64,000 bases of DNA, taken from assembly GCF_006345805.1 (NCBI RefSeq), contig NC_042998.1, positions 171,120,001-171,184,000 of the forward strand, given 5' to 3'. The stretch comes from Octopus sinensis. Lineage: Eukaryota. This document shows positions 25,153 through 36,874 of the stretch, piece after piece. The notes beneath the pieces were generated by a model. The model saw only the letters and a program-made list of their open reading frames with translations. It had not been told where the DNA came from and searched no databases. Both the position numbers and the translations under genes were made by a program. Within the stretch, counting starts at the first letter, position 1. Each line of letters begins with the position of its first letter.

Positions 25153-25964
25153 TTGTCACTTTGGGATCGAGTTCGCTTCTCGCCAGATGCTCGACATGTT
25201 ATGGATGTTGTAAATGGATTAATATTGGCCTCTAGCCTTTCAATTTTTTTTTTCCGAAGACATTTAACCTTGGTTCGATCACCAGCATACTTGTCCTTCT
25301 TCCTCACATTTAATAACAGAGTCTGTGGAGTGTGAGGGGTGTCGAACAATCGTAGTGCCCGAAACTTTCGATGCGGAGGAGATAGACACGACAACATTTC
25401 TGGGGGTGATTGAGTTGCAGGTGTCGACTTATGATTTAAGGGAGACATTTGCCTTGATGGTGTATCACAGCCACTGGTATCAAGTTGGGGAGTACTTAAA
25501 CCACTTTCTTGACTACTGTTGAAATCGACAATAGCAGATATCTCCATTTCGGGATTAAAAGGAATTGCACCACCTGACTCAATCTTAGACCTTGTTATAC
25601 GTCCGCCTGTAGTAACCGCACGTCTCCAGCGGAAGGGACTGTTGTGGCTAGTATTGAATATCTTTCTGTTGGGTGTTTGGCTTGGTAAATTTGTGGCCAT
25701 AACATCATCATCTTCTTCGAGGAGGTCAGCAACAATAGCAGAGTCATTATATAGGTCAAGAGATATTCGAAGGAAAGAACGGTTATCGGCATCTTCGTGC
25801 CGTTTGTCATGCTTGGTTGGTAAGGAATCTTCCTCATCTTCATCTTCCATCATATCTTCAGCACTGCCACTACTGTTGAAGTCCAGTGTAGTTCTCAAGG
25901 CAGTACCATTTGCCCTCGAAAAACAGCGCCTAGAAACAGGTTTCCCTTGGCTGGTGAGAGGCAT
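25153..25964 (-). CDS. WEE1: Wee1 kinase coding exon 1 (N-terminal regulatory domain, 812 nt, ends phase 2)
   Basis: ORF MPLTSQGK...RSQSD-K contains SPPHRKFRALRLFDTPHTP (matches the vertebrate WEE1 RxL/TP block) and a NINPFT Wee-box; donor AA|GTAATT at 25152. Confidence 0.95.
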
Positions 25965-26272
25965 TGGAAAAGGTTTGGTGATCTAAAGTTAATCTATGAG
26001 GATTAATCCAAATGAGAATTATTGTACGCTATACAATAATATAAATACAAACGAAAACTTTAAAGAAATATAGTGAAAGTTCAATAACAATAAGCGACAG
26101 ATCAAAATAATAGCTGATGATGTAGATGACCTTGATTAGTTAATTTGATAATCTTTTTTCTTCTTTCTCTTCAGTCAGTTGTAACATTAAGTGAAGAGAT
26201 CGTCATATTTGACGAGACGACTACACGCGGTCAACTACGATTCAATAAAAATAACTTGCTTCGTTACGCACT
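25965..26272 (-). other. WEE1: Possible intron in the Wee1 5' leader
   Basis: Acceptor-like gattaactttag|ATC at 25983, 18 nt before the ATG; weak donor AA|GTGCGT at 26271. Not resolvable without RNA. Confidence 0.3.
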
Positions 26273-26449
26273 TAGTGCTTGGAAAAAATCCCAACAGACA
26301 CTGGAAACTGACAAGTGTGAAAATAGTGTTTCGAAAGCTAGTTTAGATGAGCGTAGTCAACCATGTATGATTAAAATAATTGAAACACGTTTTATAAGTA
26401 TATCTTTCTATGTCAACAAGGATAACGCCTACTAATATAAGTGTTTGTA

Positions 26450-26555
26450 TTTTGGCGGGCCGTTAGCGCCATGTGACAAATATGAACCAATCAAATCAAC
26501 TGAAAATTTAAAAAAAAAACGCGAATGATTGACGTTATTTCCCCATGTTTTCAAA
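26450..26555 (-). promoter_or_regulatory. Putative cell-cycle promoter of Wee1 (E2F, NF-Y CCAAT, CHR-like sites)
   Basis: TTTGGCGG 26451-26458, AACCAATCA with CCAAT 26487-26491, TTTAAA 26507-26512, TTTGAA (minus) 26550-26555; locally CpG-richer; about 500 bp upstream of the ATG. Confidence 0.55.
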
Positions 26556-28256
26556 ATATCTTGAGGTTACATTTGTTTTCGCTCGTTCAATAATTTTTCT
26601 TAATTAAATACATGAATCAAGTTTTCCAAAAACGTGTGTTTTATAATATTTGGTGTGAAAATTCAATTTAATTAATTTTTCATTTTTAATGATGTGTAAT
26701 TTATAAGTTAAATTTTCTCTATTGCATCAACCTTTAAGATGCTGCAATATTAAATTATATTAAAAAAAAAAAAAGAAAAGAAAATCTAAAATCATTCATT
26801 ATAAATATAAATTAGCTTCGCAATCCTATCTCTAGACGTTCACATGAGTAACACGTGTTTTCGGAAGTAAATTCCGGGTCAGGGATATACGATCTAGGGT
26901 CGACAATTCGGTAAATTTCTTTGCATCGGAAATTAATAATCGTTGATTTATTTATTATACGCCAGGATTTAAAGTTTAGATAACCTTACGATTGTAAGTT
27001 TCCATAATCTGACAGCAGAATATTTTTTTTAAACCTGTGTCGTAATTGTTGGAATAAAATTTTTAATTGCTGTTTTGTTTACACCTTAATTCTTTAATTA
27101 CCATCTATAGAATATTGAAATATTAAATTATATTGTATGCTACCTATGGATGCATGCACAATATACGTGTGATGAAGGCCACAACCCTAGGCTAAAATAA
27201 ACTCACAAATGTAAAAGAATCAGTGATATTGATTGATATCAAAATATTGAATAATTTTTTTCATTCATCAACATTGTTCTGGATTTTATTCTTCTTTTCT
27301 ATTTATGGTTGACTGAGCAAACCACTTATTAAAATGTAATTATGTTTGAAATCTGTACCAAGTTACACAAAAACCAAATAAAGTTTATAATGCTCAGAAC
27401 AACAGTTGCTGCAGCTTATGTCGATCTGAATTGTCCCCCTTCTAGTAACATGTTTACATATATAATTCATGAATAATTACAAAAATTCTGGAAAAAAAAA
27501 AGATAGTTAACATTTTTCAAATACGTGTGATTTACATGTATTTGAATGAATGTAAATTACTCTTCTTCATACTGATGAAAACTGACCGCAATGTTATTTC
27601 TGCTAAGCTTTCTATTAATTACATTAAACAATCGACGTGGTCCCTTTTTTTCAGATTGTTTTTGTTATTGTCTAATTGTATAAATTATATTCTTAATGAA
27701 TAAATCACGATTTAATTTATTAAGGCCTAAATTAAACAGCAGAGGAGGGGGAAGAGAAGAGAAGAGGAAAAAAAGAAAGAGAAAAAGATTAAAAAGATAC
27801 GGTTAGGGGTGATGACAATGATGTTGAGAAGTGTTATTGATGTTGTTTAGCCCTGGGTCAGCCCTGACTAAACCGAGCTATATGATCAAAGGCAATTCAG
27901 TCATGATCGTCTTTTTTTAATATCAGAGACTACATGGGACTACATGTCCATTGCGTTCTTTCTTTCTTCTTTCAAGACACTTGGGTGTGAATTGAGAAAC
28001 ATTTGGTTTCTGTTTCTAGCAGGTCGAGTGATTACTTAAATGCGCTTTTGGTGACGGTTAAGACCAAGCTCCTGATCCTTAACTGAGTGTACTATATAGG
28101 GGTTAAACAACAATTTGTCCAAAGTTGAAAGTTTATTAAAAGAAATTTTGTACTGACAAATATATTAGGTAAATTAATACCAGATATTACATAAATTAAA
28201 TCACGATTTATTTTATTAGGGCCTAAATTAAAAGACGCATAGTCTATCATCTAAAC

Positions 28257-28402
28257 CAGTCATGGAAAAATAGCAGCCAGTAGGACATTCTAAAAGGCAG
28301 ACCAACAAAAAAATTACCATGAATTTTTTTACTTGTGCGGTCCGCTTGATGATAAGTCATATCTCATGTGACTTGCTTCTCAAAAAAGATTGCCTAAGCC
28401 TC
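28257..28402. mobile_element. hAT-type MITE
   Basis: 8-bp TSD ATCTAAAC at 28249-28256 and 28403-28410; starts CAGTCATGG; related copy at 52543-52692. Confidence 0.7.
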
Positions 28403-28611
28403 ATCTAAACTTGCAGATACAAATGAGGTCCTACTAAAACCTTAGACTTTATGTTACTGAATAATATTCTTTTCTGTTTATGTCTCTCTGCAAAATTTCA
28501 TTTTAAGAGTTCAAGATTTTATAATTTTCTCCTAAAATATCCAAATAATCTGCTTAACTTTTATCACACCAAAGTACCCGGAACCATCACTAGTTCTATG
28601 ATACAAACTTC

Positions 28612-29520
28612 TTTATCATCATCATTATTTAACGTCTGTTTTCCATGCTGGCATGAGTTGGACAATTTGACATGGAGCTAACCAGCTGGCAGCTGTCCAG
28701 ACTCCAATTGTCAGTTGTGGCATAGTTTCTACAGCTGGATACCCTTCCTAACACCAACCACTTTACAGAGTATGCTAGGTTCCTTTTAAGTATGACTGGC
28801 TCAGATGTGTTCACACAGCACTGGCACGAGTGCATTTAGTGTGACATCAGTTCCTGTAAAGGACAAGCCTGTATATATGGATGACAGATTTTACTTAGCT
28901 TGGTGTGTCATCTCAAGTACAGCAAATCGCCACAACTCCCAGTCTCTTGTTATTTCCTCAATGAGGCCCAGAGTTCAAAGATTCTTTCTCACTGCTTCAT
29001 TCAACATCTTTCTGGGTTTAGCCCTTCCACAAGTTCTCTCCACAATTAGAACTTGGTACTTCTTTTTACAGCTATCCTCATCCATATGCATCTTGTAACC
29101 AAACCAGCACAGTCTTCTCTCTTGCACACAACATCTGATGCCCCTTATACCCAGTTCTCCTCTTAAATCATTTACACTGACATTACTCATCCAGCAGAGT
29201 ATGTTACCTTCATTTCTTTGAAGCCTTCACAAGTCCACTGTAAACAAATCTCATGTTTCACTGCCATGTAGCATAGCTGTACATACACAGACATCATACA
29301 ATTTGCATTTCACTCTGAGGGAGAGACCCTTAGTTACTAACAGAGGTAGAAGCTCTTTGAATATTGCCCAGCCCATTCTTAATCTAGAAACTACACTATC
29401 AGAACTTCCTCTTCCACTGCTAACTTGGTTGCCAAGGTAATAGAGGCTATCTACTACTTCTAATGATCTTCTCAAGTATTTGAGTAAGTCTACTGTCTAT
29501 GCATTTTTAGTGCTTATTGT
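28612..29520 (-). mobile_element. 5'-truncated RTE-clade LINE with 3'UTR
   Basis: LEVVDSLYYLGNQVSSGRGSSDSVVSRLRMGWAIFKELLPLLVTKGLSLRVKCKLY and LGIRGIRCCVQERRL..; 3'UTR ends in the family C tail. Confidence 0.88.
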
Positions 29521-29596
29521 ACCTGAAAGTGCTTATTATATCTGCAGGTACAAACTTCTTATTTTAAACTAAAACCTTCCATCAAAACTTCAGGTT

Positions 29597-29996
29597 ACTC
29601 TTTTACTTGTTTCAGTCATTTGACTGTGGCCATGCTAGAGTACCGCCTTTAGTCGAGCAAATCGACCCCAGGACTTATTCTTTGTAAGCCTAGTACTTAT
29701 TCTATCGGTTACTTTTGCCAAGCTGCTAAGTTACGGGGATGTAAACACACCAGCATCGGTTGTCAAGCGATGTTGAGGGGACAAACACAGACATACAAAG
29801 ACACACACACACACACACACATACAGATATATACGATGGGCTTCTTTCAGTTTCCGTCTACCAAATCTACTCACAAGGTTTTGGTCGACCCGAGGCTATA
29901 GTAGAATGCACTTGCCCAAGGTGCCACACAGTGGGACTGAACTCAGAACCATGTGGTTCGTAAGCAAGCTACTTACCACAAAGCCACTCCTACACC
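29597..29996 (-). mobile_element. Family B SINE
   Basis: Full-length reverse-complement copy. Confidence 0.9.
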
Positions 29997-30599
29997 TATT
30001 AGTTTATGTTTTTAAACACCACTTGATAATAGCTAAGTGATTTTATTTAAATTCTTCCTTATTTTCAAAATTAAGTGTTACAATAGAAATTTGGTAACGA
30101 AAAGGTTAAACATGTATGCAATTATATGAAGGCTCCATTTAAACCTGTGGATTTATTCTCTCTTGGATAAAGAAATTCTTTTCACAACATGATAATCATT
30201 AGTAATTAAATCTTTAGACTAATATCAAAGTTCCTGTCAAATATAATTGGCTATTTTCTCCCTCAAAATTTGAAGCCTTGTGTCTATCAATATTTAATCT
30301 CTGTAAAATTTTCAGTTACAATCTATTGCTTTGTACTGGGACATTTCTTTATGTAAGTTTTCCCTAATATAAATCTTTCACAAATTTATGTATAAAACAA
30401 AAGAAATATAATTCTGTTTTAATAGCTTTAGTTCTTAGTTAACCAATGTAATTCAGTAGAAGGGGTTTGTCTTAGAAGTTACTCAGTAATCTCACAAACA
30501 CCAGTGTCATATAAAATGCACTGAGTACATTTAGTAAAGTGGTTGGGATTAGGAAAGACATTCAGTCATAAAAACCATGCCAAAGCAAACACTGGAGCT

Positions 30600-30725
30600 T
30601 CTTGATGATGATGATGACGATGATAACGGCAATGTTGCTGCTGCTGCTATTGTTGTTGTTGTTGTTGTTGTTGCTGTTGTTGTTGTTCTTCTTCTTCTTC
30701 TTCTCCTCCTCCTCATCCTTCTTCT
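30600..30725. repeat. Compound trinucleotide microsatellite (GAT)(GCT)(GTT)(CTT)(CCT)
   Basis: Directly visible; tail of a diverged family C element at about 30495-30625. Confidence 0.95.
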
Positions 30726-31129
30726 CAGCCTTCTTACCCCCACTGTACGTTATATCCAGATTGATCCAACACAACTCTTTACTTCAATCATGCAATCATT
30801 TGGTATTCTATCCTTCCCCCCACAGGCATCAACTTGTATAATAAGTTCAAGGTGAACATCAACCACATTAATCTGAACAGATAAGGATGGCTGACAATGC
30901 TTATGAATACTGCTTGTTTTCATATGATGAATTAAGAAAACATAAAAGAGAAACGCATCTCAGGAAGTCTTCAAGTATGATAATGAGAGGAGGAGAAACA
31001 CTGGCAAGTAAGTATTTAATGTGTGAGCAATAATAATATTTTAGACATAACAGAAACTTAGAAATAATCTGAGAAGGCTGTTCTGAACCAAGAGATGAGA
31101 GATCAATGCTGCACATAGTTGAGAAACTA

Positions 31130-31366
31130 AGGAAGATTTCATGCTAAGCCCAGCTGAAGTATCTGTGACGATTTCATCTCAATCGAAGGAGAGGGGTTGC
31201 AGATCCGTGGAATAAGCTGCCAGATGAGATAGTGAAGATGCCGACGACTGCTCAGTTCAAAGGCTCTCTTGACCAGAAATGGCCTGAACTCTTTGCATGA
31301 ACACCCTCCCTACATGGCCTTGCTTTTGCTTTTTGAGCCAAAAAATTAACTTAACTTAACTTAACT
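31130..31366 (+). mobile_element. CR1-like LINE 3' end with (TAACT)n tail
   Basis: ADPWNKLPDEIVKMPTTAQFKGSLDQKWPELFA* followed by ttaacttaacttaact. Confidence 0.75.
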
Positions 31367-32467
31367 ATTTGCTGATATCAAGTGCTTTGAACTTGACTTT
31401 CTCCAAAATTCTCAAGAACAAGAGATTGCTGGTATGTGATGTAGGAGAATTTGTATCTGGTTGATCAGACAGTATTGTGGGTGTATGAATGGTCACAGAA
31501 AGAGCAAGAGAGTGGGGGACTGTGTATGACTGTCACTTTTGCCTTTGACATGTTGAAAATGATGTCAATAGTACAGTAAGAGGGGTTGCCTTGTAGAAAT
31601 GGAACTCACTATTGCATTTTTATATAAAGTAAAAGAAAAAAAGCCTGATGCCTTTTGGGTGAAGAAAGGATTTAGTGTTGGTTGATATCTTTTGAGCATG
31701 CTAGATTGAACACTGGTAGAACCAAGTATCTTGTAGAGATAGAATGAGTGGAAAAGATTTCTAACTTTGTAATTCTATAAATATGGTGAAGAGACGGGTA
31801 AAATGGAGAAAGACTGTTTAGGAATAGTTTAAAGATAGAATACAATGCAGTATGAGTTGGAAGTAAAATGGGCAGCAAATGTGGTGACATCATCAGCAAG
31901 TTATTTTAGTTGAGATATGTGGTGGATTAGACGATTTTTTAAATATTCAATAAATCAATTTTTAAAAAATAGAATAAAATAGACAATAGAAAACAACAAT
32001 AGAAAAAAAATGCATTTGTTGTTTAAAATAAAAAAAATTTCCAGGAACCTGTTAATCATTTGTTGTTATAACTGATGATTAATCAGTATGAGTCATTTGA
32101 TTTACTTCCACGAGTGACTGACAATCACTTCCGGGAGTGGCTGATGTCTTCAAAGTTTTGTTGAAGTCATGTGATATTTGTTAATCATTGTTATCGTGAT
32201 ATGAGTCATCATTGATCTATAGTTACTTCCTAACCACAGGTATTTTTTAATACTATTAAAGCATCAACTTCATATTATCCTTAACAAGTTTACAATTCAA
32301 AAACAAATGACGATCTGAATTCTTATCATGACTGAAGCAATTCTATGCTGGAATTATGTATTAGTAAATAAGATACTCGTGTTCCTAATTACATATTTGA
32401 ACAATCTTAAAGGTAGTGAAAACTTAAATCCAGTCAATCTCTTTTATTACAATAAATTTGACTAAGA

Positions 32468-32690
32468 TGGTGAGCTGGCAGAATTGTTAGCATGTCAGTC
32501 AAAATGCTTATTGTATTTCTTCCAACTCCTTACATTCTGGGTTCAAATTCTGCTTTAGTCAGCTCTGATTTTCATTCATTCTAAGATTAACAAAATGAAG
32601 TGCCAGTCAAGAACTAGGATTGATGTAACTGACTCATCCCACTTCCTAAAATTGCTGGCCTTGTGCCAAAATTTGAAACCATTACAATAA
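32468..32690 (+). mobile_element. tRNA-derived SINE family A (diverged)
   Basis: ggtgagctggcagaattgttagca...ctgggttcaaattc...aaattgctggccttgtgccaaaatttgaaac. Confidence 0.8.
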
Positions 32691-32749
32691 ATTTGATTCT
32701 TCATACAATATTGAGTCCTTTCATCAGCTGTTTGTTATTGTTCATCACT

Positions 32750-33570
32750 TCTTACCAAGATGAAACTTTCTCTACCTACATCCTGTTCATGTGACACAAA
32801 TCTCAATCTTTATTTATTTTATATTCCACCTCTGCTGTCCAGGTTACACTCTTTATAAACCTAGACACTTCTTGCCAAATCTTCAATAATTCCATGAACA
32901 AATTCTCCAAAGAAGTCATGCTAGTCTTATTTTCTTCAACAGTAAGAGAACACAATCATTGCACATATCAAGGAAACATTATCAAACCCATTTAAACAGG
33001 AGCATCCTACAAGTAGGAGCTGAAGGTCACAACAAATGCTAGACCCCATCATTACTGAAATTTTTTCCAGGCAAACACACATCTTAAACATAGCAAGAAC
33101 TAGCCTCCACCCTATCCCACCAACAACAACTATCAACCTTCAACAAAACTCTGTATAGTACTACTCCAACGCCTGATACAATGCTGTTGTTACATTGCAC
33201 TGACAATCTTAGATTGCATTGAAAGAAAAGCTATTCAACTGATTCATATGGTAACTCTCAAAAATACACTCCAACCTTTGGTCCACAGACATATTGTCTC
33301 TTCACACAGTCTCTCCTATAACTACTATGTAAATGGCCTCTGCTGCTCAGAATTGACTAATCTTGTACCACCTCCACTCAGGTACTCCCATCTCACTTCT
33401 CTCTCCTTATCTTATCATCGATATTGTTTCTACTCCTCCATGATCCTACACTAGCCACTCTGCCCAATCCCTCCTATCTAGAATGTCAGTTTTGCCAACA
33501 GGAATTTCTTCTTCCTGGGCATGATTTTCCTGCAACGTTGACTTCCAACTATTTAAGCGGGACATTAACA
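32750..33570 (+). mobile_element. Degenerate CR1/L2-group LINE 3' region
   Basis: LQPLVHRHIVSSHSLSYNYYVNGLCCSELTNLVPPPLRYSHLT resembles CR1-group ORF2 C-termini. Confidence 0.55.
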
Positions 33571-33765
33571 GTATCAGTTTCATTGGTCTTGGAGGGTATC
33601 CTAAGACATGAAACAATCCCTCCTCTTGGCTAGTAAATAAAATGATAAAAAAAAACTTCATTAACTATTTTGCTATTTAAGATATAAAAAAATTAAAATA
33701 TATACCTTTTAAATTTAATACCAAAATTATAGTTTAAAAGAAATAAAATCGTATTTTATTAAACA

Positions 33766-34129
33766 CAAGCACTATGACCCGGCAACGCCGGGTCATAGTG
33801 CAAGTGAATGCATATTCAGCTGCGTGCGTGCGCACATACACGCGAGTACTGTCTAAATCTCCGACCAATCACATACAGCTAGCTGGCATTCAATTGACGT
33901 ATCAAGTTCCAGGCATTTTGATTGGGTTTTGGATAGAAAATTCACAAAAAAGTTACTTCTATTGATTTTTTAATGGCTTTGCGAGGTGACTGGGAAAATG
34001 TAAAGATGTGCACGACCACCCTTGGATGGTTTTGAATGACCATAGAAAGTGCGAGCCCTCTAACTGAAAAATTGTGGATTTGTATAAAGGACATACACAC
34101 AGACATTTTGCCGTTTATATATAGAGAGA
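33766..34129 (-). mobile_element. Non-autonomous Helitron
   Basis: Minus strand starts A|TCTCTCTATATATAAA; ends with perfect hairpin GCACTATGACCCGGC-nnn-GCCGGGTCATAGTGC (33769-33801) and CTTG|T; no TSD. Confidence 0.7.
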
Positions 34130-34694
34130 TACATACATTAAGTTATGCCTTCCTTGAAACCTACTCTCTACACAGTATAATCACCAAAACCATAATATCT
34201 GTCCCAACATCATCTTATACAGCATTTACCACCACAACATCTCCACTGCACTTTGGGAATTTCGTTTAACTTTGAATTCTGGTAGCGTTTTTTTTTCGCC
34301 CCCACCTCTCACAACTCACCAGTTATGTTCATTACTGTTCATTTTACAAGATTGTCAAAGGAAAGTATCAAGTTAAGAATGAAACAGGGCTATCCACTTG
34401 GACCTGGTTATGAGAATATCTATGACAATATTTTGTACCTTACGGGAAAAACAAATGTTATTTATAACTTAATATATGTTGTTTGTCAAGAAATTATTTC
34501 CGACCACGCAATCAAATGGAGAGAAAATATTCATTACAACTAAAATTCAAGATAATTTTTAATAGATGATAGACTGCAACGCCATGAAAGTAAATGAATT
34601 AAAAATAAATTAACAAAGTACGTGAGTTACCAAACATTTTCTTTCAAAGAAATGACAAGTATGGTAATACGCCCGTTTTTCCATTTTACTAAAG

Positions 34695-34845
34695 TGACTC
34701 ACAAGCCATCACGGAAAGTGACATCACAAGACTCTACGTAATCGATTGAAAAGCTATAAATAGCAACCAAATTCCCACAAAAATCAAACCTTGAAAAGGG
34801 AAGGACATACTGATTCTTGTAATTCTAAACAGATTATGTATGTGA
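34695..34845 (+). promoter_or_regulatory. Candidate TATA promoter with AP-1/CRE-like sites
   Basis: TGACTCA 34695-34701, TGACATCA 34719-34726, TATAAATAG 34755-34763; possible donor GTATGT near 34839. Confidence 0.35.
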
Positions 34846-34934
34846 AACAAATAAATAAAAATAGACGGTTGGTCGCAACTGGAACATCACCACCCCACCC
34901 CCACTACACCCCACCTCCACCCACCCCATTACAC

Positions 34935-35048
<114 letters not shown>

Positions 35049-35666
35049 CCGTGACAACAATGAACAATTTCCGATATATATTTGACAATCGAAACACTAG
35101 GATATTATTGTTGTTTAGAACCAGGTAGACTCTAATCGACAAAAACTATAATCTAAATAAATCATTCCAGCCTTGACCATCACATCATTTTAAGGATGTG
35201 TAAGGACTACATTATCTAATGCGTTCTTTCTTTAAGATATCAGGGTGCAATTTTGATGGGGAGAGGGATTTGACTCCGTGATAGAGAAATTGTGTATAGG
35301 TCTACGGTCTACGCTGATTCAGCGTAGCTGTGATCAAAGACGTTACAGCCGTTACCATTCCGTCATTATCTAAAGTACCCTTCCTTTTTAAGACGGATTT
35401 GATTTGAAAGGAATTTGGTTGCTATTTCAGGCAGGTGCGCATGACCACAGAGGCTCTATTCATTAGCAAGAAATAATTCGATCAGTTATTGTTTTCGCCC
35501 TGATTAAATAGTTATGATTAAAGGCTTTCCAACCGTGACCATCTTGTTTGTTATTCTGATCGAGTTTATTAAAGACTACGTCATCCAATGTCCTTCCTTG
35601 AACTGAAGAAAATTTGGCTGCTATTTTTAGCTTTTCGCGCGACTACATAAAAAGACTCGACGTTTT

Positions 35667-35865
35667 CCATATATGGCGCGAATATTTACAATTGACTGTC
35701 AACATGTTTCAACACGCAAGTTCACTCCTCAGTGACTTCGGTGAATAACATCTTCAATAGTAACAACACACTCGCCCGTATCTCCTTGCGTCGGATGACG
35801 TCATACAACATGAGTCATTTTCATTCGCCGAGCTTATCAAAAGGCGGAGATTTAAACATGACTCA
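35667..35865. promoter_or_regulatory. Candidate signal-responsive enhancer (CArG + CRE + two AP-1)
   Basis: CCATATATGG 35667-35676, TGACGTCA 35796-35803, TGAGTCA 35811-35817, TGACTCA 35859-35865, in CpG-retaining sequence with no repeat I recognise. Confidence 0.5.
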
Positions 35866-36029
35866 CTGTTATCTGTCATTTCCGGATTTCCACCTTTCGT
35901 TCGAGACAATCTTTATTGAATTTTTTTTGTATAGTGCGCGCACTGACATATATTAGACATGTCATGGGCCAATTTTGGCCAAAGCTTTGTGTGTGTGTTT
36001 GGTTACTGGTCTCTTGCGAATTCGAGCAT

Positions 36030-36300
36030 CCATCTCATTGAGTTATCGTTGTAGCCAGCTTAGAAGGCCAAACGTAGGCATGAGGACAAGTACTTCAAAG
36101 ACGTTGTGGGTGATATGGCTTGCTGTAAGCTGAGAGTTCTGATGACCATATTCTCTTGACTTTCCTGAGGTATTCATTCCTGATCCTCTCCTTATTTATG
36201 GATCCATCACATCTGATATTCTCGTCTTGTCCAAGATACCGATAATTGTCATCTGACTTTAGAGGGGTTGGATTGTCAAGCCGTTCAGTCTTAGGTCTTC
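36030..36300 (-). mobile_element. R4/Dong-like non-LTR retrotransposon RT fragment
   Basis: NYRYLGQDENIRCDGSINKERIRNEYLRKVKRIWSSELSAYSK / HNVFEVLVLMPTFGLLSW..EMDARIRK. Confidence 0.65.
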
Positions 36301-36739
36301 AGAGGAGGGCACAACTTTTCCACATTCTATTGTTAAAAATGTACTCTTGGACTCACCAAATTTCATTCCAGTGCCTGTCTATTTGTAATAATGCATGTAT
36401 TTATGCATATATTTTTTTTCTTGGAGTTTTATTTAAGTTCTTAAGAGAGTTTAAACCGCTCGCTAACAAAGCGATTCAGAGAGTTTCTGGTGTTTGTAAA
36501 TATATGATTGAGTAGGTATGTTGGTTGAGCTGTCGGTGCACACACAAGTGTGTACATCTATTCACGTAAAGAAACTCAGATTTTAGAATCTTAGGAATAT
36601 CTTATAAAGCTTCGCTGCGTTAATTTCTTTTGCTCTTTCTTTAAAAAAAAATCTAGTATTTCTAGGTTTTTATGTAAATTTGTTGGTACATAGACTAATG
36701 CATCTATGATGGTAGGTACAAATGAGAATTTATAGTCAG

Positions 36740-36823
36740 AGTATGTATGTGTGTATGTATGTATGTATGTATGTATGTATGTATGTATGTATGTATGTAT
36801 GTATGTATGTATGTATGTATGTA

Positions 36824-36874
<51 letters not shown>

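Noticed and set aside
25325-25986. Plus-strand ORFs of 65 and 155 aa overlapping Wee1 exon 1
   Set aside because: Antisense shadows of a GC-richer coding exon; no recognisable domain
27165-27200. TGATGA-AGGCC-loop-AGGCT-AAAA as a hammerhead
   Set aside because: Both conserved core segments are mutated and there is no second copy for comparison
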